From NCBI GenBank assembly GCA_965209055.1, contig OZ242374.1, forward strand, positions 6,013,183-6,077,182: a stretch of 64,000 nt of DNA. The letters run 5' to 3'. The translations under genes were made by a program, and so were the position numbers. This stretch comes from Acidobacteriota bacterium. GTDB lineage: Bacteria; Acidobacteriota; UBA6911; RPQK01; JAJDTT01. The notes beneath the pieces were generated by a model. It was not told the DNA's origin, did no database searches, and saw only the letters and a list, made by a program, of their open reading frames with translations. Position 1 is the first letter of the stretch. Each line of letters opens with the position of its first letter. This document shows positions 28,820 through 38,486 of the stretch, in pieces.

Positions 28820-29794
28820 ATGGCTTTCAAGGCACCCGGAAAACATTTCAGAGAAGGTCTTTCAGTCAAGCAGTTCTTCCGTCTCTTCCCGGATGACAAG
28901 GCTGCCGAGGCATGGTTCGCCAAGGAACGCTGGCCGGAAGAGGTCTGCTGCCCCTACTGCGGATCGGTCAAGGTCAACACCAAGACCAATCACAAGTCCA
29001 TGCCCTACCGGTGCAAAGAGACGAAGTGCCGCAAGTGGTTTTCGGTCAAGACGGGAACGCCGATGCAGTCCTCGAAGCTGGGCTATCAGGACTGGCTCTA
29101 TGTCCTGTACTGCATGGCGACGAATCTGAAATCGGTGTCCTCCATGAAGATGCACCGAGACCTGGAGATCACACAGAAGTCGGCCTGGTTCGCCATGCAC
29201 CGCGCCCGCCACGTCTGGAACACGGACCCCGAGGAGCGGTTTGAGGGGCCGACAGAGGCCGACACCACGCACATCGGCGGCAAGCGAAAGAACAAGCCGT
29301 TGAAGGTTCGGGCCAAGCTGGAAGGCCGGGGAGCCGTGGATATGACCACGGTGGTCGGCATCAAAGACCGCAAGACCAATCAGGTCCGGGCGAAGGTCGT
29401 GCCGGACGAGAAGGGAATCACGCTCCGGGGTTTCGTCTACGATCACACCGAACCGGAGGCGAAGGTCTACACTGACGACGCATCCGCCTACGAGCGGCTG
29501 CCGAATCATGATTCCGTGAATCACTCCCGGCTGGAATACGTCAAGGGTGAAGTCCACACCAACGGGATCGAGTCATTCTGGTCCATGCTCAAACGCTCCC
29601 ATACCGGGACGTTCCACAAGCTCTCCCCGAAGCACTTGGACCGGTATGTCGGAGAGTTCTATGGCCGGCACAATATGCGCGGCAAGGGCACTCTGTCTCA
29701 ACTGGCGGAGATGGCTGACCGGCTGATCGGGCAGAGACTCCGATACAGCGACTTGACCGCCGATAACGGGCTCCCCTCCGGCGCCAGAAGCTAA
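28820..29794 (+). CDS. IS1595 family transposase
   Basis: Zn ribbon CPYC...CKETKC, EADTTHIGG, YTDD, HTNGIESFWS. Confidence 0.95.
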   Translation: MAFKAPGKHFREGLSVKQFFRLFPDDKAAEAWFAKERWPEEVCCPYCGSVKVNTKTNHKSMPYRCKETKCRKWFSVKTGTPMQSSKLGYQDWLYVLYCMATNLKSVSSMKMHRDLEITQKSAWFAMHRARHVWNTDPEERFEGPTEADTTHIGGKRKNKPLKVRAKLEGRGAVDMTTVVGIKDRKTNQVRAKVVPDEKGITLRGFVYDHTEPEAKVYTDDASAYERLPNHDSVNHSRLEYVKGEVHTNGIESFWSMLKRSHTGTFHKLSPKHLDRYVGEFYGRHNMRGKGTLSQLAEMADRLIGQRLRYSDLTADNGLPSGARS

Positions 29795-29875
29795 CTGAGG
29801 AAAAGCTGTGGGAAGGTCGTTGGGAAACCTGTTAAGTTCTTGTGTATCAACTGTTTACGGACGATTTTTGTTGAC

Positions 29876-30769
29876 ATGCCAAGTCTAGCAACCTACCCTG
29901 ACGCCGTGTTAACGGAGTTCCCGGTCTCTCGACTTCCTGCCGTCAATGTCGCGCAGGTTCCTCAGCGTAGCCCGTTGAGGTATCCCGGGGGGAAAACGTG
30001 GCTGATCCCGCACATTCGGGAATGGCTCAAATCCGCAAGCGCGGAGATTCTGATTGAGCCCTTTGCCGGAGGCGGAATTGTCTCCCTGACAGCCGTGATG
30101 GAGGAACTGGTCGAACAAGCCGTGATGGTCGAGATTGACCATGATGTCGCGGCGTTCTGGCACGCGGCCCTGAGAAACGGACGCCGGATGGCGGATCAGA
30201 TCCAAGAGTTCAATCCCACCAGAGAGACGCTTATCGAGTGGGAAACTAGCCGCCCGCAGTGCGTCAATGAGCATGGCTTCCAGACCCTGGTATTCAACCG
30301 CACTCGACGCGGCGGGATCCTCGCTTCGGGAGCGTCCTACATGAAGCAGGGAGAGAACGGGCGGGGAATACTGTCTCGCTGGTATCCCAAGACACTGGCC
30401 CGGAGACTGGCCGAGATCGAACGCCACGCAAGCAAGATCATCTTTTGCGAGGGGGATGGCCTCAAGCTACTCCCGCCTCTATTGCAGGGATGGGGAGATC
30501 GGGCCGCCGTGTTTCTCGATCCTCCGTACACGGCTGGCGGGAAACGGGCGGGACGGCGCCTCTACACGGATCACCAAGTGGACCACGCCGAACTATTTTC
30601 CATACTGGCATCGTCCGACGCCGACTTCCTGATGACCTATGATCTATCACCCGAAATCGTGGAGCTGGTCGAGCAACACGGGTTTCACGCCGTCGCCGTG
30701 GTGATGAAGAACACCCATCACAACCGCATGGCGGAAATCATCATCACTCGGGAAAGCCTCTTCGAATGA
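29876..30769 (+). CDS. D12-class (Dam-like) amino-methyltransferase
   Basis: SPLRYPGGK, EPFAGGG, DPPY. Confidence 0.9.
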   Translation: MPSLATYPDAVLTEFPVSRLPAVNVAQVPQRSPLRYPGGKTWLIPHIREWLKSASAEILIEPFAGGGIVSLTAVMEELVEQAVMVEIDHDVAAFWHAALRNGRRMADQIQEFNPTRETLIEWETSRPQCVNEHGFQTLVFNRTRRGGILASGASYMKQGENGRGILSRWYPKTLARRLAEIERHASKIIFCEGDGLKLLPPLLQGWGDRAAVFLDPPYTAGGKRAGRRLYTDHQVDHAELFSILASSDADFLMTYDLSPEIVELVEQHGFHAVAVVMKNTHHNRMAEIIITRESLFE

Positions 30770-31617
30770 TCCGCTACGGGATCTCGGAGTGGTTCGGGCG
30801 TCCGTTCCTGTCCCTGAGTCCAAGTCAGAGACAATCCCTCGCCAGAGCTGCATTGCGCCACGATCCAGTCCCGCCCTGCCCCTTTCGTCGTGGATTGCCG
30901 GACTGCACCAAGAGAGGCGGAGTCTGTTCCATCCAGGAGTATCAGGGGGAAGGAAGCCGGATTGGAACGCCTACCGGTAATCCGGTGAGCGTGTGTCCGT
31001 ACCGCTTCGAGGAGCGGGATATCTCGGCTCTATGGCTGGCCGAGATCGTGGACTTTGGCGAGGTCTACATGGCTCGGGAAGTGCCCTTCATGGAGGGTGT
31101 GACCACCGGGAAACCCGCAGGGAAGATTGACTTGGTCCTGTCGAAAGACGAGGTGGCGTCAGAATGGGTCGGGCTGGAAATCCAGGCCGTCTACTTCTCT
31201 GGAAAGGCAATGGACAACGACTTCAACGTCCTGCTCACTGATTCCGGTGATTCGCCCCCTATGGCCACGAAGAGCCGGAGGCCGGACTGGAGATCGTCCA
31301 CAAAGCGGCTGCGATATCAGTTGGAGGTAAAGGTTCCGACGCTGCGAACGTGGGGAAAGAAACTCGCGGTTTCGGTGGACCTTCCCTTCTTCAACTCTAT
31401 CGGGGGACCAAGTTCTACACCATCACACGATCTGAACGAGGGTGACATTCTCTGGATCGTTCCCCTGATTGACCTGGACCGCGGCTTGGTCCGCCACCAC
31501 TGGGAAGTCCTTTCCCTGGAGGCATCCAGCCGCAAGCTGCTAGATGCCGCGCCCGTTAAACGTCGAGACTTCGAGTCTTACCTGCGCCGGAAGCTGGCAC
31601 GACTGGAGACGCAATGA
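30766..31617 (+). CDS. NotI-family type II restriction endonuclease
   Basis: Four-cysteine motif CPF..CTK.GGVCS..CPYRF, IDLVL, LEIQAVY, RPDWRSS; ATGA overlap with the methyltransferase gene. Confidence 0.8.
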   Translation: MIRYGISEWFGRPFLSLSPSQRQSLARAALRHDPVPPCPFRRGLPDCTKRGGVCSIQEYQGEGSRIGTPTGNPVSVCPYRFEERDISALWLAEIVDFGEVYMAREVPFMEGVTTGKPAGKIDLVLSKDEVASEWVGLEIQAVYFSGKAMDNDFNVLLTDSGDSPPMATKSRRPDWRSSTKRLRYQLEVKVPTLRTWGKKLAVSVDLPFFNSIGGPSSTPSHDLNEGDILWIVPLIDLDRGLVRHHWEVLSLEASSRKLLDAAPVKRRDFESYLRRKLARLETQ

Positions 31618-31823
31618 CCAAGCGAAAGAAGCCGAAGATCAAAGACGGGCGGACCATCGAACTGGTGAAGCACACCTACCAGCCGAACAAGGCCGAACTG
31701 GAGGAGGAGTTCAGCGTAGACGTTCCCGGTGCGACGGCCCTGGAGAAGTTCAAGCGGCTCACCCGTGCGATGGTGCAGCCGGTCAACGCTCGGCTGATCT
31801 CGAAACCGAGGAACCGGCGTTGA
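31614..31823 (+). CDS. Small basic hypothetical protein at the IS1595 right end
   Basis: ATGA-coupled 69 aa ORF ending just before the right IR. Confidence 0.55.
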   Translation: MTKRKKPKIKDGRTIELVKHTYQPNKAELEEEFSVDVPGATALEKFKRLTRAMVQPVNARLISKPRNRR

Positions 31824-31855
31824 GCCGGAATCTGGAACTTTCGTATATAATCCCC

Positions 31856-32221
31856 TTTCATTTTGCCAATAGAGATTCTCCATTCGGCCATAGCTTCCCA
31901 TGCGGCGTCGAGATCGTTGCGATCATCGGACAGTTCCACGGCGAACTGTTCATTGGCCGCTTTGTATTCAGGACCGTGAGCCCATTCTTCATTCATACGG
32001 TCAGCAATGGAATTACCCCGTTCAGTGAGTAGCTCTTCCTGCTTCGCCAGAAAGTCTTTCGTCTCTTCGAATATTGCCAGGTGAAGTTGCTCGGTATTCC
32101 CTTTGCGAATGCAAAGCTGTATGGTGTCGCGCACGATCTGTTGGGCAGTCATTTGTTTCTCTCCCCCCGCGCCCCCCTCTCTTCCAAGGGAAAGTTGAGT
32201 CGTGAGTTTTTCGTGGTCCAT
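31856..32221 (-). pseudogene. Hypothetical gene interrupted by the IS1595 insertion
   Basis: Frame reads ...ISIGKMK at the TSD and resumes as MKRSAPIAP...QVR* at 28735-28657. Confidence 0.55.
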
Positions 32222-32253
32222 ATCTGTCCTTGGTAGTACCTATCAGGGGCCGC

Positions 32254-32772
32254 CTAGTCCGCCGTCCCAAAACTCACCCACTTCCCCTCGTGGCAGTAGT
32301 AGGCAACAGCGGCCTTGTCGAGGAAGTAATCGTTGATGGCATCGTGGGTGCGCCTCTCGGGCAGTCCCTCGTCCATCTTGAAAAGAGGACCGACGTCAGG
32401 GGGGAGTGAACTGATGACGCACGAGTACACCATTCCGAACTCACCCCACCCCTGAGTGCAACCGCTATCCGGACTCGCCCTGTCCAATACGCGGTTGCAC
32501 TGCGCTCGTCCTCCCCAAAGGACGATGGTCTCCGACTGCCCATCCCGTGAACAGATCGCTGCCCAATCGGTCTGACCGGGCGCGGCGAACTCGCCGGAAA
32601 TGATGTTCAGGGGTCTGCCAGACTTGAACGTGAAAAACGAGTGGGGCTGCGGGATCATGCAGCCCATTTCGTAGAATTCCTCTCTGATGTAGGCAGGCAC
32701 CTTCTCGAAATCGAGCGGCGACATGTACTTGATATTTGGTGTCAACACCAGCAACGGCAGGAGCAGCAACAT
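32254..32772 (-). CDS. Exported hypothetical protein
   Basis: Hydrophobic N-terminus, several cysteines, NIISGEFAAPGQTDWAAIC; lies 13 nt after the peptidase gene. Confidence 0.65.
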   Translation of the reverse strand: MLLLLPLLVLTPNIKYMSPLDFEKVPAYIREEFYEMGCMIPQPHSFFTFKSGRPLNIISGEFAAPGQTDWAAICSRDGQSETIVLWGGRAQCNRVLDRASPDSGCTQGWGEFGMVYSCVISSLPPDVGPLFKMDEGLPERRTHDAINDYFLDKAAVAYYCHEGKWVSFGTAD

Positions 32773-32785
32773 GAGGGCGTTCCCC

Positions 32786-33565
32786 CTATTTCGTCAGGTG
32801 CCAGTGGTCGGGTTTGCCAGGACCAGACGGATGCACGGCCACCGTGAACCCCAAGCTCCTGGCGGTACTCTCGAAGTAGGTTCTTTCCGTGCTGGACATT
32901 TCGCTTCGGTTCATGTCCACGTTATGACCCGTTTGGTGGGTGATGTGCGGTGTCGTCCAGTTGTCGTTGATATCGAATAGGCCACCCGTCGGTAGGCTCA
33001 TGTCGTTCACATGGAGGGGCTTGTCGAACCTCCCATAGAATGCGCGAGCCAGAGCCTTTATGCCGTTCACCAGAGTGGCGGTGCCGTAGTGGTTGCCAGG
33101 GTGTTCGGTCGTGCTCCCTTGAAGCGTGATGTAGGTGGAACCCAACAGCGGCGTAAGACCGATTAGAGCCACATTGTTGAAATCGGTGTCTATCGTGCCG
33201 TCACTGAACACCCCTCTCTGCCGGATCATACCCGCTGCGGAAGGTGCTGTGAACGTCACCTTCACGTTCTGAGGGTTTGGTCCGTAGAGCGTGATTGAGG
33301 ATGGACTGACCGACCCGACTGGTCCCCCTGAGTGGTGATGGCCACCTGTGTTGGGCAACCGGTCCAGGCTGATATCCACGCTGGCCCCCTCCAGGCCACT
33401 GACGTACCAGAGATTGGTGCCGCCTGGGTCGCAGGTCTTGGTAGCGCCCTGCGGTACTCGCTTGTAACTCTCTCTGATTTCGTAGGGAGAGATTACTGCG
33501 CAGGGTTTAGAGACATCGATGATTTCTGGGTGGTTGTAGTTTGCAACCTCGGACCTTTCGGACAT
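32786..33565 (-). CDS. Protein with C-terminal MepA/M74-like (LAS) Zn murein endopeptidase domain
   Basis: VNDMSLPTGG, HITHQTGHNVD (HxxHxxGxxxD) and DHWHL (HxH) motifs; AAGGA RBS. Confidence 0.7.
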   Translation of the reverse strand: MSERSEVANYNHPEIIDVSKPCAVISPYEIRESYKRVPQGATKTCDPGGTNLWYVSGLEGASVDISLDRLPNTGGHHHSGGPVGSVSPSSITLYGPNPQNVKVTFTAPSAAGMIRQRGVFSDGTIDTDFNNVALIGLTPLLGSTYITLQGSTTEHPGNHYGTATLVNGIKALARAFYGRFDKPLHVNDMSLPTGGLFDINDNWTTPHITHQTGHNVDMNRSEMSSTERTYFESTARSLGFTVAVHPSGPGKPDHWHLTK

Positions 33566-34183
33566 TCCTTGGTTCCTCCGATCTGCGGTTCTAGTTATCT
33601 AGAGAGGCGCCTGGCCCCAACAGCGGTGCCGGTGCTCCAAGAACTTCGAATGTAATACTGTTCTGGATTTGTACATATCTTGAAGTGCCCAACCGGACAA
33701 CGCCTCTCCTAAGACCGAAATGCGGCGGCGGACGTTGTGGTGAACTTTTGGCCTTGGCGAACCGCACGCCGTAGCAGGAGTGCCGAAACCTCCCCGCCGC
33801 CGGGACCCGAAATCTATCAAGGACTATTTCAAGACGCAAAATAGACTGATGACGGAGGGGGGAGGGAAGCTTGTTAAGTTCAATAATTAATCCCCGATCG
33901 ACACAGCACCATGTGTTCCGAATCTGGGGGACAAGAGAAAACGGGAAGAGGAGTCAGTATTCGAGAGCCAATGCTGCTGCCTGTTTGTTGCCTGTTCAGG
34001 ACGTCGAACGTTGGGAGTCAACCACTTTACTGATTCGGCGAAGAACCCGGTAATCCATTGAAAACGTTAATGTTCGGTAGTCTTTGACTGTGGAGCAATC
34101 GGGACTGTTAGTCCCCCCGTCTTCTTCCGTATTGTTGTGCGATTCGGACGCGGGAAAGCGTAGAGCGGGGACTGCCGTTTCCC

Positions 34184-35662
34184 CTACCCCCTCTGTCGGC
34201 GACAGGAGAGTCGCCGCTCCACTTGATCTTTGCCCAGGATCAGATGGCGGCGGTCCCTCTCGCTGACGCCAGTCCGAACCTTGCCGGCAATCACCCAAAA
34301 GAACAGGCCCAGCAGCAATCCGCCAATAAAGAGGCTCCACTCCAGGGGAAAACCGTCGGAGTTTGCGAACGGCTCGTAGACCGCAACAGCCAAAAAGAAG
34401 AGCGTGCCGGCGACCCCCAGGCCGGCGATGTAGACGCCGCCCGGGACGCGGAAGGGACGAGGGGCGTTCGGCTGTTTCACCCGCAGGATCAGGACTCCCA
34501 GGCAGACGAAAAAGAAGACCGTGGCCAGGCACATGACAGCCATGCCGACGATGGGAGAGAGGCCACCCCGGCCCAGGAAACTGCCCAACGCGCCGATCAG
34601 GCCGACCAGGAGGACCGCTCGTCCGGGAGATCCGAAAAGGGGGTGGACCGCGGCGAATCCGGCCGGGATCATGCGGGCCCGGCCCAATGCGAAGACCAGC
34701 CGCGAGGCCGCAATGAAGATGGGATTGAGCGTCGTGATGAGGCCCAGCAGCCCCGTGAACACGATGATTCTTCCGAACATCGGCGAATCGAAACTGGATT
34801 CGTAGGTGGCGGCGGTGGTCAGACCCTCCAATTGGACCGCCTCCTGCCACGGTGTGGCCATGGACACCGAGAGAATCAGCAGGCAGTAGAAGGTTCCGCC
34901 CGCGCCGATGGAGGCCGCCATCATCAGCGCGGCCCTTCTCATGGGGGTTCCCGGCGATTTCTCCTCCATGACCTGGGGAATGGTGTCGAACCCCGCCATG
35001 AAGAACGGAGCCGTCATCAAGGCCGCCAATATTCCGGGCCAGACCGATCCCACCTCGTCGCGGTGGAAGAACGGTTCCAGGTTTCCCGTTTCTCCGAAGG
35101 CGATCCCGGCAATGATGAAGACGGCACACGCCGCGATGAATACGGCCGTGAGCACTTCCTGAAAGCGGGCCGCCAGTTTCATCCCGCGATAGATCACCCA
35201 CGTCATCAGAACCATTCCGGCGAGGGCGATGAGAAGGCTTCCCAGGCGCACCGGATGGCCGCCCACGGAATACAGTTCCGGTCCCGAGACGCCTGGAAAG
35301 AGGGCGTCCGCGATCAAGGCCAGCAAGATCGCTTCCCAACTGGTCACCGCGATGTACTCGAAGGCCAGCAGCCACCCGCACAGGAAGGAGAGGCGGAGAC
35401 CGTAGACTTTGTAGATGTACGCGACCTCTCCGCCGGAGACGGGGAACATTCCCGCCATTTCCGCATAGCAGAGAGCGATCACGAGCATGATCACGGCGCC
35501 CGCCGCGAAACCGGCGATGGCCCCGAGAGGGCCGGAGGTGGAGAGCCAGACGCCGGGGTAGACGAGCCACCCCACTCCGACCACCGTGCCGTAGGCCAGC
35601 ATGAAAAACTGGCGGGCACTGACCGCTCTCTTCAATTGGGGGCGTGGAATCGGTTTGGTCAT
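34184..35662 (-). CDS. APC family amino acid permease
   Basis: GTVVGVGW, YAEMAGMFPVSGGE, GFD..PQ..EE; about 12 transmembrane segments. Confidence 0.9.
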   Translation of the reverse strand: MTKPIPRPQLKRAVSARQFFMLAYGTVVGVGWLVYPGVWLSTSGPLGAIAGFAAGAVIMLVIALCYAEMAGMFPVSGGEVAYIYKVYGLRLSFLCGWLLAFEYIAVTSWEAILLALIADALFPGVSGPELYSVGGHPVRLGSLLIALAGMVLMTWVIYRGMKLAARFQEVLTAVFIAACAVFIIAGIAFGETGNLEPFFHRDEVGSVWPGILAALMTAPFFMAGFDTIPQVMEEKSPGTPMRRAALMMAASIGAGGTFYCLLILSVSMATPWQEAVQLEGLTTAATYESSFDSPMFGRIIVFTGLLGLITTLNPIFIAASRLVFALGRARMIPAGFAAVHPLFGSPGRAVLLVGLIGALGSFLGRGGLSPIVGMAVMCLATVFFFVCLGVLILRVKQPNAPRPFRVPGGVYIAGLGVAGTLFFLAVAVYEPFANSDGFPLEWSLFIGGLLLGLFFWVIAGKVRTGVSERDRRHLILGKDQVERRLSCRRQRG

Positions 35663-35666
35663 GTGC

Positions 35667-35731
35667 TTGGAGCGAGGGTTGTCAACCGCCGATTCTTGAT
35701 TGGAGCGGCGGTTTCCAACCGCCGATTCTTG
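35667..35731. repeat. Tandem REP-like repeat pair
   Basis: TTGGAGCGAGGGTTGTCAACCGCCGATTCTTG followed by TTGGAGCGGCGGTTTCCAACCGCCGATTCTTG (CGGCGGTT/AACCGCCG stem). Confidence 0.7.
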
Positions 35732-35762
35732 CGGTGACAGTACCGTCCCCTCTCCTACCCAC

Positions 35763-37157
35763 CTATCGAAACAGCGAGTGGATGGCCTTCAGGACTTCTT
35801 CGACCAGCACGTCTCCCCCTTCGGGCCCGACCAGGAACTGGTCTGCGCTGTATCCGCCACCGGCGACGGCTTCCGTCGTCGGCAGATAACCGGCCAACTG
35901 ACTGGCCAATTGCACCGTGAAGGTCAACACGGCCGGGCTTCGCGCCTGGATGCGGATGGAATATTCCAGGTAGAGCTCAAAAGGGACGCTCACCAAAGCG
36001 ACGTCGCCCAGCCGGATCACGTGGACGCGGAACGATCCGCCGCCGTCAATGGGATAGGGCGGCTCCCTCGACGGACTGGCTCTGGGAAGGTCCAGATGCA
36101 GGATCTTGTGCCGGAGGGGCAATTTCTTCTTGAGTCCGGCCTCGGCGTAAGGCAGAACGGCATCCAGAGCGTCGGCGATGCGGAGGGCGATCTCCTGGCG
36201 GCTGGAAACGCCCTTGCGCTCCAGCATGATCTGCTCGGCGCGTTTGCGAAACATCAGGTGAGGCGAGATGTCGCCTGAAGCGGCGCATTGAGGAAAGATG
36301 AACCAGCCGGGTTGATGACGTTTTCGGACTTCCTGCCGGACCTCGTGCCAGAAGTCGGCGGAAACCTCCGAAAGGCCTTCCGTCTCCTGCGAGGGGGCGG
36401 CCAGATTGATCACGACGCCGGTGAGCTCCTCCCGGTCATTCCAGAAGAAGAGCATGGGCACCCCGGGGTCCTCGAACCCTTCGATTCCGATGAAGTCATC
36501 CCTGCTGGTGTCCCCGTACATCACCGACTCGCCGCTGCGATAGACGGCGCGCCGGTTGTGTCCGACCACGGCTTGTCCCAGTCCCCAGCTCATGCCCGCC
36601 GGCTTTCGGCTCTGCCAGGCTTTCGCGAGACCGTCGGACAACCGGTCCACCAACCACTGTCCGTACTCCGTTGAGCTCATGGCCACCGCCGGCGGCTCGT
36701 CGCCCCACCAGATGCTGAAGGTGCCGTCGACCTGACCCGGAGCGGTGTGGGTGTGCGTGGCGTGAAGAAACACCTTCTCCGGGTCGAGATCCTTCAGCTC
36801 CCGTGCGGCCGAACGCCGCAGTCCCTCTTCGGTGACCTGCCGGATGTAGCCGAGATCGCAGGAGATCATGACGGCCTGTTCCAGGGACCGGCCGTCCTGC
36901 TTGGTCTCGAGCGCCAGGACCGTCGCCGTCAGCGGATCCCGGGCCCGGCCGGCGATGCGTGGGTGCATTTGACCCACCAGCGCCACTTCCCGCGGCGGCG
37001 TGATCTCCACCGCGGCCCAGCCCACATGGAGCGTCCCCTCGGAGGCCAAGCCGGGAGCCGAGAACGCTGACAGAGTGACGGCAACGATGAGTTGGCATGG
37101 CGCGGACGCCGGGAATCGTTTCATTATGATTCTCCGCGAGTTAGTCATAAGATACAC
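35763..37157 (-). CDS. Neutral/alkaline ceramidase-like hypothetical hydrolase
   Basis: VGWAAVEITP, DPLTATVLAL, ATHTHTAP, SADF, GYLPT..A...GGY. Confidence 0.7.
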   Translation of the reverse strand: MYLMTNSRRIIMKRFPASAPCQLIVAVTLSAFSAPGLASEGTLHVGWAAVEITPPREVALVGQMHPRIAGRARDPLTATVLALETKQDGRSLEQAVMISCDLGYIRQVTEEGLRRSAARELKDLDPEKVFLHATHTHTAPGQVDGTFSIWWGDEPPAVAMSSTEYGQWLVDRLSDGLAKAWQSRKPAGMSWGLGQAVVGHNRRAVYRSGESVMYGDTSRDDFIGIEGFEDPGVPMLFFWNDREELTGVVINLAAPSQETEGLSEVSADFWHEVRQEVRKRHQPGWFIFPQCAASGDISPHLMFRKRAEQIMLERKGVSSRQEIALRIADALDAVLPYAEAGLKKKLPLRHKILHLDLPRASPSREPPYPIDGGGSFRVHVIRLGDVALVSVPFELYLEYSIRIQARSPAVLTFTVQLASQLAGYLPTTEAVAGGGYSADQFLVGPEGGDVLVEEVLKAIHSLFR

Positions 37158-37184
37158 AGTGAAGCGGCGGCCTTCGAGAGTCCC

Positions 37185-38486
37185 ATGGAAGATAAATGGA
37201 AGAAATCAAGGGAGTTCCTGGTTCGGGCCGAAGGATCCCTGGCCGGCGGCGTGAGCAGTCCATTCCGGCGCAAATCTCCGGTGCCGCTTTTCTTTCGGGA
37301 TGGCTCGGGTTGCCGCCTGGAAGACGTGGACGGGAACCGCTACATCGACTACGGACTGGGCTGGGGCCCCCTGATCCTGGGCCATCGCCACCCGGCCCTT
37401 CTGGAGACACTTCGGGCCCAAGTGGAGAGTCCCTTTCACTACGGCGCTCAGCACGAGCTGGAGTCCCGGCTTTCCGAGCGAGTGCAACGGCTGGTTCCGT
37501 GCGCCGAACGGGTCGCGTTCACTTCCAGTGGAAGCGAGGCGGTGCAACTGGCCCTGCGCCTCTCACGAGCCTTCACCGGGCGGAAGCTCGTGGTCAAGTT
37601 CGAAGGCCACTACCACGGCTGGATGGATTCCATCCTGGCCAGCTACCATCCCGCGCTGGAGGAAATCGGGACCGTCGAGCATCCCCGGACCGCACCCGGC
37701 ACCCGGGGTCAGCTCCTGGCCGCGCTGGACGATCTGCTGGTCTGCGCCTGGAATCGAACGGATCTGGTTGAAGGCCTCTTCCGGCGGCACGGCGGCGAGA
37801 TCGCCGCGGTGATCATGGAGCCGGTCTTGTGCAACAGCGGTTGCCTGCTGCCGCGGGAGGACTACTTGCGCAGCATCCAGGAGATCTGCGCGCAACACGG
37901 CGCCCTCTTGATCTTCGACGAGGTCATCACCGGCTTCCGGATCGCCCTGGGCGGCGCTCAGGAGCACTTCGGACTTATCCCGGATCTGTGCACCCTCGGA
38001 AAAGCCATCGGGGGCGGCCTGCCCTTCAGCGCGGTGGCCGGCCGGCGCGCCATCATGGAGCAATTGATGGACGGCGTCGCCTTCGGCGGCACCTACAACG
38101 GCAACCCCCTGTCCGTAGCGGCCGCCGACGCCACCCTGGCTGCACTCGAGAAAGACGGCGGCGCACCTCTGGCTCATGCCCTGGCCATGGGAGAGAGGCT
38201 GATGGGTGGCTTGCGGACCCTTGCGGCGGACCGGCCGTTCCCGGTGAAGATCACCGGTCTGGGGACGGCGTTCAGCGTGCACTTCACGGAAAAGGACGAC
38301 CTGATCGACTATCGGGATACTTTGGAAGACGACACGGACCGTCTGAGCCGGTTCGTCATGGAGGCCTTGAGAGAAGGCATTTACCTCCTGCCCGACGGCA
38401 GATGGTACGTCTCGGCCGTCCACGGCGAGGAGGACATTGACGAGACTCTCGCCAAGATGTCACTGGTATTCCAACGGCTATGCTGA
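37185..38486 (+). CDS. Class III aminotransferase, glutamate-1-semialdehyde aminomutase-like
   Basis: DVDGNRYIDY, SGSEA, FEGHYHG, FDEVITGFR, LGKAIGGG, GGTYNGNP. Confidence 0.9.
   Translation: MEDKWKKSREFLVRAEGSLAGGVSSPFRRKSPVPLFFRDGSGCRLEDVDGNRYIDYGLGWGPLILGHRHPALLETLRAQVESPFHYGAQHELESRLSERVQRLVPCAERVAFTSSGSEAVQLALRLSRAFTGRKLVVKFEGHYHGWMDSILASYHPALEEIGTVEHPRTAPGTRGQLLAALDDLLVCAWNRTDLVEGLFRRHGGEIAAVIMEPVLCNSGCLLPREDYLRSIQEICAQHGALLIFDEVITGFRIALGGAQEHFGLIPDLCTLGKAIGGGLPFSAVAGRRAIMEQLMDGVAFGGTYNGNPLSVAAADATLAALEKDGGAPLAHALAMGERLMGGLRTLAADRPFPVKITGLGTAFSVHFTEKDDLIDYRDTLEDDTDRLSRFVMEALREGIYLLPDGRWYVSAVHGEEDIDETLAKMSLVFQRLC

Larger units (their letters stand above)
28737..31855 (+). mobile_element. 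IS1595-family element carrying passenger R-M genes
   Basis: Perfect terminal IRs GGGGATTATATACGAAAGTTCCAGATTCC; 8-bp TSD TTTCATTT at 28729-28736 and 31856-31863. Confidence 0.95.
13671..34114 (-). mobile_element. Integrative element E1 (about 20.4 kb), tyrosine integrase plus defence cargo
   Basis: Direct repeat GGACTGTTAGTCC at 13671-13683 and 34102-34114; integrase at the left end; distal end sequence shared with E2-E4. Confidence 0.9.
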
